Positions 38,966 to 47,733 of a DNA stretch of 64,000 nt are shown here, one piece after another (positions within the stretch are counted from its first letter, which is position 1; the number at the start of each line of letters is the position of its first letter). The notes beneath the pieces are model-generated. The model was not told the DNA's origin. It saw only the letters and a list, made by a program, of their open reading frames with translations, and did no database searches. Source of the DNA: Casimicrobiaceae bacterium. Lineage in GTDB: Bacteria > Pseudomonadota > Gammaproteobacteria > Burkholderiales > Casimicrobiaceae. Position numbers and translations under genes: made by a program. Location: assembly GCA_036553845.1 (NCBI GenBank), contig DATBOK010000095.1:1644-65643 (forward strand), written 5' to 3'.

Positions 38966-40534
38966 ATGACGGCCGCCGCGATCAATCTCGCCGCGCAACT
39001 CGCGCGCTCGGCGGAGCGCTTTGGCGACGCGCCCGCGATCGCGCGCGGCACGACGATCGTCCACGGCTATCGCACGCTCGCGCGGCGAGCCGCCGCGCTG
39101 GCGGCGGCGATGCGCGCGGCGGGGCTCGATGCCGGCGATCGCGTCGCCATCGTGTCGCGCAATGCCATCGAATACGTGGAGGCGCTCTACGCCTGCTGGT
39201 GGGCGGGGCTCGTCGCCGTGCCGGTCAACGCCAAGCTGCATCCGCGCGAGCTGGACTTCGTGCTCGCCGATGCCGGCGTGCGACTGGTATTCGTCGACCG
39301 CGAATGGAGCGCGGCGCTCGCCGCACCGCCGCCGGGGGCGCGCGTCGTCGAGCTCGGCGGGCATGAATACCGGCGCTTTGTCGACCTGCACGCTTCGGCC
39401 GCGCCGGCGGAGACCGGCGACGACGCGCCCGCATGGCTTTTCTACACGAGCGGCACCACCGGACGTCCCAAGGGGGTGGTGATCTCGCATGCGAACCTGC
39501 TGGCGATGGCGGCATGCTTCGTGCGCGATGTCGAGCCGATCACGCCAGGGGACGCGCTTCTGCATCCGGCCCCGATGTCCCACGGCTCGGGCCTCTACGT
39601 GGTGCCGCACGTCGCGCGCGGCGCGATCAACGTCGTGCCCGAGTCCGGCGGTTTCGACGCTGCCGAGACCGCGATGCTGATGGCGAACTTCGATCGCGCG
39701 CTGTTCTTTGCCGCGCCCACGATGGTGAAGCGGCTGGTGCAGGACGCGGCGCTCGCCCGCGCCGACCTCGCGCGCTTCAGGTGCCTGGTGTTCGGCGGCG
39801 GTCCGATGTACGTCGCCGACCTCGAGGCCGCGTTCGCGGCGCTGGGGCCGCGGCTCGCGCAGATCTACGGCCAAGGCGAGTCGCCGATGACGATCACGGC
39901 GATGAACCGCGCGGCGATCGCCGACGCGGTGGCGCGCGGTGATGCGGCGCGGCTCGCCTCGGTCGGGCGCGCGCAGAGCGGAATCGAGCTTCGCGTCGGC
40001 GCCGCCGATCAGCCGTGCGCCGCGGGCACCGCGGGCGAAGTCCTGCTGCGCGGGCCGACGGTGATGCGCGGCTACTGGAACAATCCGGCCGCCTCGGCGG
40101 CGGCGCTCGGCGGCGGATGGCTGCACACCGGCGACATCGGCGTGCTCGACGCCGACGGCTTTCTCACGCTCAAGGATCGCAGCAAGGACCTGGTCATCAG
40201 CGGCGGCAGCAACATCTATCCGCGCGAAGTCGAGGAGATCTTGCAGCGCCATCCCGCCGTCGCCGAGGTCGCGGTGGTGGGTCGCCCGCACGCGGAATGG
40301 GGCGAGGAGGTGGTCGCCTGCGTCGTGCTGCGCGAAGGCGCCGCCGCCGACGCCGTGCTGCGCGAGTGCGATGCGCTGTGCCTCGCGCACATCGCGCGTT
40401 TCAAGCGGCCGCGCGCCTACGTCGTGGTCGATGCGCTGCCCAAGAACAATGCGGGCAAGATCGTCAAGACCGAGGTGCGCGCGCAGGTGGCCGCACGCGC
40501 CGCCGCTGCGAATTCATCCGAAGCCGGCCGATAA
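38966..40534 (+). CDS. Acyl-CoA synthetase / AMP-binding enzyme
   Basis: YTSGTTGRPKG, QIYGQGE, WLHTGD, DRSKDLVISGG and LPKNNAGKI. Confidence 0.92.
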   Translation: MTAAAINLAAQLARSAERFGDAPAIARGTTIVHGYRTLARRAAALAAAMRAAGLDAGDRVAIVSRNAIEYVEALYACWWAGLVAVPVNAKLHPRELDFVLADAGVRLVFVDREWSAALAAPPPGARVVELGGHEYRRFVDLHASAAPAETGDDAPAWLFYTSGTTGRPKGVVISHANLLAMAACFVRDVEPITPGDALLHPAPMSHGSGLYVVPHVARGAINVVPESGGFDAAETAMLMANFDRALFFAAPTMVKRLVQDAALARADLARFRCLVFGGGPMYVADLEAAFAALGPRLAQIYGQGESPMTITAMNRAAIADAVARGDAARLASVGRAQSGIELRVGAADQPCAAGTAGEVLLRGPTVMRGYWNNPAASAAALGGGWLHTGDIGVLDADGFLTLKDRSKDLVISGGSNIYPREVEEILQRHPAVAEVAVVGRPHAEWGEEVVACVVLREGAAADAVLRECDALCLAHIARFKRPRAYVVVDALPKNNAGKIVKTEVRAQVAARAAAANSSEAGR

Positions 40535-40870
40535 GCCGGGTTCTGTTACGGCGCGGCCGCGAGGCCGCGCTATGACTGCCATTCATCTAAGGCGCCGCGT
40601 TGCCGCGGCGCTCGTGCCGCCTACCCGCGGACTCGGCGAGCAGCGTTGTCGTCCGCCTATTTGGCGTTGCTCCGGATGGAGGTTGCCGCGTTTCACCCGC
40701 CTGCGTGTGACCGCAGGCGACTCGTCTCTGTGGCCCTGTTCCTCGCTTTGGCCGACCGCGCGAGCGGTGGCGTATGGCGGCCGGGCGTTACCCGGCATCC
40801 TGCTCTGTGGAGCCCGGACTTTCCTCTGCGTCGCACGAGGCGACGCAGCGGCAGTCTGGCCGGCTTCGGA
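40517..40870 (-). ncRNA. rnpB: RNase P RNA, bacterial type A
   Basis: Minus strand has the universal GAGGAAAGUCCGGGCUCC near the 5' end and ACAGAACCCGGCUUA near the 3' end. The P1 helix pairs 40858-40870 with 40517-40529. TATCCT -10 at 40876-40881. Confidence 0.96.
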
Positions 40871-40969
40871 CGGCTAGGATAGCACCGGCGCGCCGAGGTT
40901 CCGCCGCGCGGACGGGCGCCGGGGTTCGCTATGCTGCGCGCGTGCGCCGCCCTGGCGCCGGGGAACCCG

Positions 40970-41485
40970 ATGGCCGACGATCCGCGCTCCATGCCCTACC
41001 AGCTCGCACGCCCCGGCGAAGCGCTCGCCGATCTCGTCGTGCCGCAGGCGATTCCCGACGACGAGCGGCTCTGGGTGCCGCAGGCGGAGGGTGTGTGGTT
41101 CCGCCCGCTGTGCCTCAACGTCTCCGCCGGATACTGGATGAACCTGCTGCGCGTGCGCCGCGCCGGCGTGCTGGCGCGACACCGCCATTCGCAGCCGGTG
41201 CACGGCTTCGTGCTGAAGGGCCGCTGGCGCTACCTCGAGCACGACTGGATCGCCACCGAGGGCAGCTACGTCTTCGAGCCGCCCGGCGACACCCACACCC
41301 TCGTCGTGCCCGACGACGTCGCCGAGATGATCACGTACTTCCAGGTCAACGGCGTCATGTACTACGTCGACCCTTGGGGCAAGGGCATCGGCTTCGAGGA
41401 CGTGTTCACCAAGATCGAGATGTGCCGGCGCCACTTCGCCGCGGCGGGGCTCGGCGCCGGCTACGTCGACCGCTTCGTGCGCTGA
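40970..41485 (+). CDS. Cupin, 2,4'-dihydroxyacetophenone dioxygenase-like family
   Basis: RHRHSQPVHGFVLKGRWRYLEHDW and YVFEPPGDTHTL. The upstream ATG at 40931 lies inside a TATGCT -10 candidate. Confidence 0.85.
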   Translation: MADDPRSMPYQLARPGEALADLVVPQAIPDDERLWVPQAEGVWFRPLCLNVSAGYWMNLLRVRRAGVLARHRHSQPVHGFVLKGRWRYLEHDWIATEGSYVFEPPGDTHTLVVPDDVAEMITYFQVNGVMYYVDPWGKGIGFEDVFTKIEMCRRHFAAAGLGAGYVDRFVR

Positions 41486-42531
41486 TCGGCGACGCGCCAG
41501 TCGAGCGTTTCGCCGGCGGCGAGCGGCACGATCGTGGCATCGCCGAACGCGAGCTCGGCTGGCACCGTCCACGGCTCGCGCACCAGCGTCAGCGTGTCGC
41601 GGTTGCGCGGCAGCCCGTAGAACGCCGCGCCGTGCACGCTGGCGAACCCTTCGAGGCGCCACAGCGCGCCTGCGCGCTCGAAAGCCTGCGCATACAGCGG
41701 CAGCGCGGCCGGCGCGCTGTAGCAGCCGGCGCAGCCGCACGCGCTTTCCTTGGCATGGCGAGGATGAGGCGCGCTGTCGGTGCCGAGGAAGAACTTCGGG
41801 CTTCCCGAAGTCGCCGCGCCGACCAGCGCCAGGCGATGCGTCTCGCGCTTGAGGATCGGCAGGCAGAAAAGGTGCGGCCTGACGAATCCCGCGAGCATGG
41901 CGTTGCGCGAATGGAGCAGGTGCTGCGGCGTGATCGTCGCCGCGACCTGCGCGCCGGCGGCCTCGACGAACTGCACCGCCTCGCGCGTCGTGACGTGCTC
42001 GACCACCACCTTGAGGGCCGGGAACGCGGCGACGATGCGCACGAGATGGCGCTCGACGAACACGCGCTCGCGGTCGAACACGTCGACGTCGGGGTCGGTG
42101 ACCTCGCCGTGCACACACAGCACGACGCCATGGCGCTCCATCGCCGCGAGCACGGGCCAAACCTTGTCGATGGCGGTCACGCCGTCGGCGGAATTCGTCG
42201 TCGCCCCGGCCGGGTAGTACTTGCAGGCCGCCACGAACCCGGACGCGCGCGCGCGCGCGATCTCGTCGATGGGAGTGGCGTCGGTCAGGTAGAGCGTCAT
42301 CAGCGGCTCGAACGCCGCATCGGCGGGCAGCGCGGCGACGATCCGCTGGCGATAGGCCGCCGCCGCCGCGACCGTGGTGACGGGCGGCTTGAGGTTGGGC
42401 ATGACGATTGCTCGCGCAAAGACGCGCGCCGTGGCGGCCACCACCGCCTCGAGCGCACGGCCGTCGCGCAGGTGCAGGTGCCAGTCGTCGGGTTGGCTGA
42501 GGGTGAGGCTGCCGGCGGTCGAGTCGGTCAT
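41461..42531 (-). CDS. pyrC: Dihydroorotase (homodimeric type)
   Basis: PDDWHLHLRDG, MPNLKPP, KYYPAGATTNS and FLGTDSAPH. Confidence 0.96.
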   Translation of the reverse strand: MTDSTAGSLTLSQPDDWHLHLRDGRALEAVVAATARVFARAIVMPNLKPPVTTVAAAAAYRQRIVAALPADAAFEPLMTLYLTDATPIDEIARARASGFVAACKYYPAGATTNSADGVTAIDKVWPVLAAMERHGVVLCVHGEVTDPDVDVFDRERVFVERHLVRIVAAFPALKVVVEHVTTREAVQFVEAAGAQVAATITPQHLLHSRNAMLAGFVRPHLFCLPILKRETHRLALVGAATSGSPKFFLGTDSAPHPRHAKESACGCAGCYSAPAALPLYAQAFERAGALWRLEGFASVHGAAFYGLPRNRDTLTLVREPWTVPAELAFGDATIVPLAAGETLDWRVADQRTKRST

Positions 42532-42551
42532 TGGAAGGTGTTGTTTTTGCG

Positions 42552-42629
42552 GAATTATACGGTCGTCCATCGTGCCGGACCGCGGTCTGCACGATGGTGG
42601 CATGGCGACCGTGGAACGGGCTATAATTC
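42552..42629. promoter_or_regulatory. Back-to-back pyrC and dksA promoters
   Basis: TATAAT on the minus strand (42554-42559) and on the plus strand (42622-42627), with nested inverted repeats between them. Confidence 0.6.
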
Positions 42630-42700
42630 GCAGTTAACCACGGCCGCGGTGACCCGTTCGGGGCGCCTCGCACGGCCGGTGACCAAGGCACGGAGTCAGA

Positions 42701-43144
42701 ATGGCAGGCAAAACGGCAACGGCGTTGAAAAAAGTCCGCGAACTGACGGAAGAGGAAATCCTCAAGGCGCCGGAGAAGGATTACATGAACGAGGCGCAGC
42801 TCGCATTCTTCCGCCAGCGCCTGGTCGAGCTGCGTGACCAACTCCTGCAGAACGCCGACGACACCGGCGAGCACTTGCGCGAGAACGAGATCACCACCGA
42901 TCCGTCCGACCGCGCGACGCTGGAGGAGGAATACACGCTCGAGCTGCGCACCCGCGACCGCGAGCGCAAGCTCCTGAAGAAGGTCGAGAAGTCGATTCGC
43001 ATGATCGACGACGGCTCGTACGGCTTCTGCGAGGAAACGGGCGAGCCGATCGGCGTCGCGAGGCTGCTCGCGCGCCCCACCGCGACGCTTTCGCTCGAGG
43101 CGCAGGAGCGCCGCGAGCGCGTGCAGAAGCTCTACGGCGACTGA
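42701..43144 (+). CDS. dksA: RNA polymerase-binding transcription factor DksA (single-Cys type)
   Basis: DYMNEAQLAFFR, coiled-coil tip DPSDRA, ELRTRDRERKL and YGFCEETGEPIG..RL.ARPTA. Confidence 0.95.
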   Translation: MAGKTATALKKVRELTEEEILKAPEKDYMNEAQLAFFRQRLVELRDQLLQNADDTGEHLRENEITTDPSDRATLEEEYTLELRTRDRERKLLKKVEKSIRMIDDGSYGFCEETGEPIGVARLLARPTATLSLEAQERRERVQKLYGD

Positions 43145-43181
43145 TTCGTTGCCAGCGGCCGCGTCCCGCCGGACACCCCGC

Positions 43182-43745
43182 ATGACGTGGCGCGCGGCAT
43201 GCCTCGCGGCATGCCTGGCGCTCGTCGCCCCCGCAGGCGCCGCCACGCCGCCGGACAAACCCGCCACGCCGCCGGACAAGGCCGCCGCCAAGCCCGCACG
43301 GCCCAAGATCCGCGCCACCGCCTTGCTCGTGCATACCAAGGGCTATCGCGCCACCGGGTCGGTGACGTTCATCCAGAACGGCGACGAGGTCGTGGTGATG
43401 ACCGACGTGCACAGCCTCAAGCCGGATTCCGTGCATGGCATGCACCTGCACGAGAAGGGCGACTGCAGCTCCGGCGACGGCATGAGCGCCGGCGGCCATT
43501 TCAATCCCGACAACGACCCGCATGGCCCGCAGGACGGCCCACACCACGCCGGCGACATGCCGTCGCTCAAGGCCAACGCCAACGGCGTGGCGCAGATGAC
43601 CTTCGTGCTGCACGGCGTCACCCTGTCAGAGGGCGCCCACAGCATCCTTGGCAAGGCGCTGATCGTGCACGCGGACCCGGACGACTACACTAGCCAGCCC
43701 GCCGGCAATTCCGGCGCGCGCATCGCCTGCGGCGTGGTCAAGTAG
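43182..43745 (+). CDS. sodC: Periplasmic Cu/Zn superoxide dismutase
   Basis: Signal peptide and a full ligand set: [30 protein letters not shown] and GARIACG. Confidence 0.93.
   Translation: MTWRAACLAACLALVAPAGAATPPDKPATPPDKAAAKPARPKIRATALLVHTKGYRATGSVTFIQNGDEVVVMTDVHSLKPDSVHGMHLHEKGDCSSGDGMSAGGHFNPDNDPHGPQDGPHHAGDMPSLKANANGVAQMTFVLHGVTLSEGAHSILGKALIVHADPDDYTSQPAGNSGARIACGVVK
43241..43279 (+). repeat. In-frame tandem duplication with a 21-bp period in the sodC N-terminal linker
   Basis: CGCCACGCCGCCGGACAA at 43241-43258 and 43262-43279 (ATPPDK twice). A 12-bp duplication CGCGGCATGCCT also occurs at 43193-43216. Confidence 0.85.
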
Positions 43746-43828
43746 CAAGCGCGGCAGGCAGGCTGCGCGCCGCCTCCGTTGCGCCCCGAATGCCGGCGCC
43801 GAGCCCAACAACAAGGAGCCGTCGAACC

Positions 43829-44425
43829 ATGTTCACATTACCCCCACTTCCATTTGCCGAGGGCGCGCTGGCGCCGGTCATTTCCGCCAACACGCTGGGT
43901 TTCCACTACGGCAAGCACCACAAGGCCTACGTCGACAACCTCAACAACTTGGTGAAGGGGACGGAGCTCGAGAGCGCGACGCTAGAAGCGATCATCAAGG
44001 CCACCGCCGGCAAGCCCGACAAGGCCGGCATCTTCAACAATGCCGCGCAGGTTTGGAACCACACGTTCTACTGGAACTGCCTCAAGCCCAATGGCGGCGG
44101 CAAGCCCACCGGCAGGATCGCGCAGATGATCGACAGCGATCTCGGCGGCTACGACAAGTTCAGGACGGACTTCGCGCAGACCTGCGTGACGCAGTTCGGC
44201 TCGGGCTGGGGATGGCTGGTGGCCGAAGGCGGCAAGCTCAAGCTCGCGAAGACGCCGAATGCGGAAAACCCGATGTCCAAGGGCCAGACGGCGTTGCTGA
44301 CGATCGACGTCTGGGAGCATGCGTACTACCTCGATTACCAGAATCGGCGGCCCGACCACGTCAACGCGGTGATCGACAAGCTCCTCAACTGGGAATTCGC
44401 GGCACAGAATCTCGCCAAGGCCTGA
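43829..44425 (+). CDS. sodB: Fe superoxide dismutase
   Basis: [16 protein letters not shown] (Fe-type AAQ), FGSGWGW and [17 protein letters not shown]. Confidence 0.93.
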   Translation: MFTLPPLPFAEGALAPVISANTLGFHYGKHHKAYVDNLNNLVKGTELESATLEAIIKATAGKPDKAGIFNNAAQVWNHTFYWNCLKPNGGGKPTGRIAQMIDSDLGGYDKFRTDFAQTCVTQFGSGWGWLVAEGGKLKLAKTPNAENPMSKGQTALLTIDVWEHAYYLDYQNRRPDHVNAVIDKLLNWEFAAQNLAKA

Positions 44426-44532
44426 TCCCGGCCGGCGCAGACGTCGGCGCCGGCGGGGCGACACGCGCTGCGGCCGAAGGGCATCGCGGCCGGCGGCGCG
44501 GTGGCTCGCACGATCTCGTTGCGCTGGCGCAA

Positions 44533-44561
44533 TTTGCCGGCGAAGGCACGCGCCGGCATAA
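44533..44561 (+). promoter_or_regulatory. Putative sigma70 promoter for the STAS-hslV genes
   Basis: TTGCCG, 17 bp spacer, CATAAT, ~105 nt upstream of the ATG at 44667. Confidence 0.55.
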
Positions 44562-44666
44562 TTTCGTCGGGGGAACAAAGGGGCGCCGGCCCGCGGCCGG
44601 CGCCCGCGCCCATGCGTGCAGCCCGCGCGCGGACGTTCCGACCCACTCCGCGACGACAAGCGCACG

Positions 44667-45902
44667 ATGGCCCTTTTCCAGAAACCGCCGAAGCGTCCCG
44701 AGCCCGAGCCAAAGAAGCGCGTGCCGGGCGTGAATCCCGCGCGGCCGCAATCGGCGCGCGAACTGGCCGCGCAGGCGCTGGGCAAGGGCGTGCCGCGGCC
44801 GCGCTCGGAGCCGACGGCGCGCGACATCACCGTCACCGGCGCGAGCCTGATGGGCGCGCCGCCGTCGACGTCGGCGATCGAAGTGATGCAGACAAACCCT
44901 GGCCTGTGCGCGGTGCTGGAGAACGCCGCGCTGCTGTACGCGAGCGGCCAGGCCGAAATGGCGCGCAAGCTCCTCGAGCAGGGCGTCGTCAACGACCACG
45001 ACACGAAGCTGTCGCCGCTCGCATGGCTCGCGCTGTTCGACCTCCTGCAGCGCGCCGGCGATCATGCGGCCTTCGACCAACTGGCGCTGCAATACGTCGT
45101 GCAGTTCGAGCGCTCGGCTCCGGCGTGGGACGAGGCGGCGCGCCCGGCGGCCGGTGCCAAGGGTGCGGCCGGCGGCTATCTCGCGATCACCGGCAAGCTG
45201 ACGGCGGCGAGCGCGTCGCAACTCGAGGGCCTCAAGCGCGCCATCGAGCGCAAGGTTCCGCAGGCGCGCATCGACCTCGCGTCGGTGAGCGGGTTCGACG
45301 ATGCCGGCGCCAAGCTCCTTGCCGACGCGCTGACGCTCGCGCGGCGCCACCAGTTCACGCTGACGCTGCTGCGCGGCGACAAGTTGCGCGCCGCGATCGA
45401 GACGATGGTCAAGCGCGGCCGTGACGCCGGCGAAGGCGTCTGGCTGCTGTCGCTCGAGCTGATGCAATGGTTCCACGAAGAGGAGGCGTTCGACGACCGC
45501 GCGATCGAGTATGCGATCGCGTTCGAGACGTCGCCGCCATCCTACGAGCCGCCGGCGCACTCGCAGACCGCGGTGCAGGCCGAGCCTGCCGCGGACGACG
45601 CCGAGCCGACGCAGACCGCGGCAGACGGCGAGATGCTGGCGTGGAGCGGCGTGATGGCGGGGCCCACCACGCCGCAGCTCGCGCAGCTCGGCGAATTCGC
45701 GCAAGGCCGCGCGGTGGTGCCGATCGACCTTTCGGCGGTGGAGCGGGTCGACTTCGTGTGCGCCGGCGCGCTCTTGAATGCGATCAACCGCATCGAGTCG
45801 CAGCGACGTGCCGTGCAGCTCGCGGGCGTCACGCCGATCGTGCGCGCGCTGCTGCTGCTGATCGGCATCTCGCCGCGGCATTTCGTCAAAAAGGCGGCAT
45901 GA
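44667..45902 (+). CDS. STAS-domain protein with two helical + STAS repeats
   Basis: RIDLASVSGFDDAG and PIDLSAVERVDFVCAGALL are STAS-like segments. Lies upstream of hslV, as in many betaproteobacteria. Confidence 0.75.
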   Translation: MALFQKPPKRPEPEPKKRVPGVNPARPQSARELAAQALGKGVPRPRSEPTARDITVTGASLMGAPPSTSAIEVMQTNPGLCAVLENAALLYASGQAEMARKLLEQGVVNDHDTKLSPLAWLALFDLLQRAGDHAAFDQLALQYVVQFERSAPAWDEAARPAAGAKGAAGGYLAITGKLTAASASQLEGLKRAIERKVPQARIDLASVSGFDDAGAKLLADALTLARRHQFTLTLLRGDKLRAAIETMVKRGRDAGEGVWLLSLELMQWFHEEEAFDDRAIEYAIAFETSPPSYEPPAHSQTAVQAEPAADDAEPTQTAADGEMLAWSGVMAGPTTPQLAQLGEFAQGRAVVPIDLSAVERVDFVCAGALLNAINRIESQRRAVQLAGVTPIVRALLLLIGISPRHFVKKAA

Positions 45903-45953
45903 CCCCGCGCGCCGCCGCGCGACACCGGCGCCTGCCGGCGCCGGTCCGCTGAC

Positions 45954-46496
45954 ATGGAAGGCTTCCACGGCACGACGATCCTGTCGGTGCGCCGCGGCAC
46001 CGACGTCGCGCTCGGCGGCGACGGCCAGGTGACGCTCGGCAACGTCGTCATCAAGGCGACGGCGCGCAAGGTGCGCAAGATACACCACGACCGCGTGCTC
46101 GCGGGCTTCGCCGGCGCCACCGCCGACGCGTTCACGCTGTTCGAGCGCTTCGAGGCCAAGCTCGACAAGCACCAGGGCCATCTCGCGCGCTCGGCGGTCG
46201 AGCTCGCCAAGGACTGGCGCACCGACCGCGTGCTGCGCCGGCTCGAGGCGATGCTCGCGGTGGCCGATGCCACGGCGTCGCTGATCATCACCGGCAACGG
46301 CGACGTGCTCGAGCCCGAATTCGGCGTCGTCGCGATCGGGTCCGGCGGCGCTTACGCGCAGGCGGCGGCGCGCGCGCTGCTCGACACGAGTGCGATGCCC
46401 GCCGCCGACGTCGTGCGCAAGTCGCTCGAGATCGCCGCCGACATCTGCATCTACACGAACCGGGAACTCGTGATCGAGACCCTGGCCGCGACGTGA
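45954..46496 (+). CDS. hslV: ATP-dependent protease subunit HslV
   Basis: [11 protein letters not shown] (N-terminal Thr nucleophile), [14 protein letters not shown] and ADICIYTN. Confidence 0.97.
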   Translation: MEGFHGTTILSVRRGTDVALGGDGQVTLGNVVIKATARKVRKIHHDRVLAGFAGATADAFTLFERFEAKLDKHQGHLARSAVELAKDWRTDRVLRRLEAMLAVADATASLIITGNGDVLEPEFGVVAIGSGGAYAQAAARALLDTSAMPAADVVRKSLEIAADICIYTNRELVIETLAAT

Positions 46497-46512
46497 ACCC
46501 GGCGCGCGCAGG

Positions 46513-47700
46513 ATGACGGCGATGGGGGAGCGGCGCGCATTCGACGTGGCGATCGCCGGTGCCGGCCTGCCGGGCCTCGCGCTCGCCGCCGCGGCGGCCG
46601 AGGTCGGCCTCGCCACGCTGCTGGTCGACCGCGAGCCGATCACCGCACCCCTCGCGGACGACGACGGCTTCGACACGCGCATCTACGCGGTCAGCCCGGG
46701 CAGCGCCGCGTTCCTCGCGCGACTGGGGGCATGGGCCGAACTTCCGAGCGAACGCCTGACGCCGGTCGAGTCGATGCGGGTGACCGGCGACCTCGGCGGC
46801 GTCCTCGATTTCGCGGCGTATGACCTCGACGAGCGGGCGCTGGCGTGGATCGTCGAGGAACGGGCGCTGCGCCGGGCGCTGGTGCGCCGGGCGCACGCCG
46901 CGGGGGTCACGCTGCTTGCACCGGCGACGTTCGCCTCGCTGGCCTTCGGCGTCGACCGCGCGACGCTGACGCTGGACACCGGCGATGCCCTCGATGCGAG
47001 GCTGGTCGTCGCCGCCGACGGCCTGCGCTCGTGGGTGCGCGAGGCGGCCGGCATCGTCGCCGTGCCGAAGCCCTATCCGCAGACGGCGCTGGTCGCCAAT
47101 TTCACGTGCGCCAACGAGCATCATGGCCGAGCGTGGCAGTGGTTCATGCCCGACGGCGGCGTGCTGGCGTTGCTGCCCTTGCCGGGGCGCCGTCTGTCGA
47201 TGGTGTGGTCGGCCCCGCTCGCACTCGCGGCCGAGCTTGCCGCGTTACCTGCGCACGAACTCGCGCTGCGCGTCACCACGGCGAGCCACGACGCGCAGGG
47301 AGCCCTTGCGCTCACCGAAGGGCCGGCGAGCTTTCCGCTGTCGTTCCTGCGTCCACCCGCCGTGGTCGCGCACCGCCTGGCGCTCATCGGCGACGCCGCG
47401 CACGGTGTGCATCCGCTGGCCGGACAGGGCGTCAACCTGGGCTTTGGCGACGCAGCGGTGCTGGCGGACGTGCTGCGCGAGCGCGGGCCCGTGATGGATC
47501 CGGGCGCGCCGATCCTTCTCGAGCGCTATGCGCGGCGGCGTGCCGAGCCGGTGCTGGCGATGCAGACGGTGACCGACGCGCTGGCGCGGCTGTTCGGCAT
47601 GGACCAGCGCTGGCTCGCCCGGCTGCGCAACGCCGGCATGGCGACGATCGACCGGTTTGGCATGGTCAAGCGGGCGCTGGCGCAACCTGCGCTCCGGTAA
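46513..47700 (+). CDS. UbiH/UbiF/VisC-family FAD monooxygenase (ubiquinone biosynthesis)
   Basis: AGAGLPGL, VAADG and LIGDAAHGVHPLAGQGVNLG. Lies upstream of dsbC. Confidence 0.9.
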   Translation: MTAMGERRAFDVAIAGAGLPGLALAAAAAEVGLATLLVDREPITAPLADDDGFDTRIYAVSPGSAAFLARLGAWAELPSERLTPVESMRVTGDLGGVLDFAAYDLDERALAWIVEERALRRALVRRAHAAGVTLLAPATFASLAFGVDRATLTLDTGDALDARLVVAADGLRSWVREAAGIVAVPKPYPQTALVANFTCANEHHGRAWQWFMPDGGVLALLPLPGRRLSMVWSAPLALAAELAALPAHELALRVTTASHDAQGALALTEGPASFPLSFLRPPAVVAHRLALIGDAAHGVHPLAGQGVNLGFGDAAVLADVLRERGPVMDPGAPILLERYARRRAEPVLAMQTVTDALARLFGMDQRWLARLRNAGMATIDRFGMVKRALAQPALR

Positions 47701-47733
47701 ACTGTCCAAAGTCCCCGCTTCACGGAGTTTTTG

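Noticed and set aside
43193-43279. Tandem repeats in sodC as a phase-variation or CRISPR-like signal
   Set aside because: Only two in-frame copies each, within the signal peptide and linker, and no spacers or cas genes.
45954-46496. Extended ORF-track starts for several genes (e.g. hslU 36058, leuS 20130, sorA 9918, SPFH 46845) and the short N-terminal extension of HslV
   Set aside because: The upstream extensions are low-complexity and overlap neighbouring genes or promoters, so starts were reset to the conserved N-termini. The MEGFHG extension before the HslV Thr is a normal propeptide.
35772-46526. Shared 10-mer CGGCGATGGG near both putative inversion breakpoints (35772-35781 and 46517-46526)
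   Set aside because: The copies are in direct orientation, which cannot mediate an inversion, and a GC-rich 10-mer match is plausible by chance.
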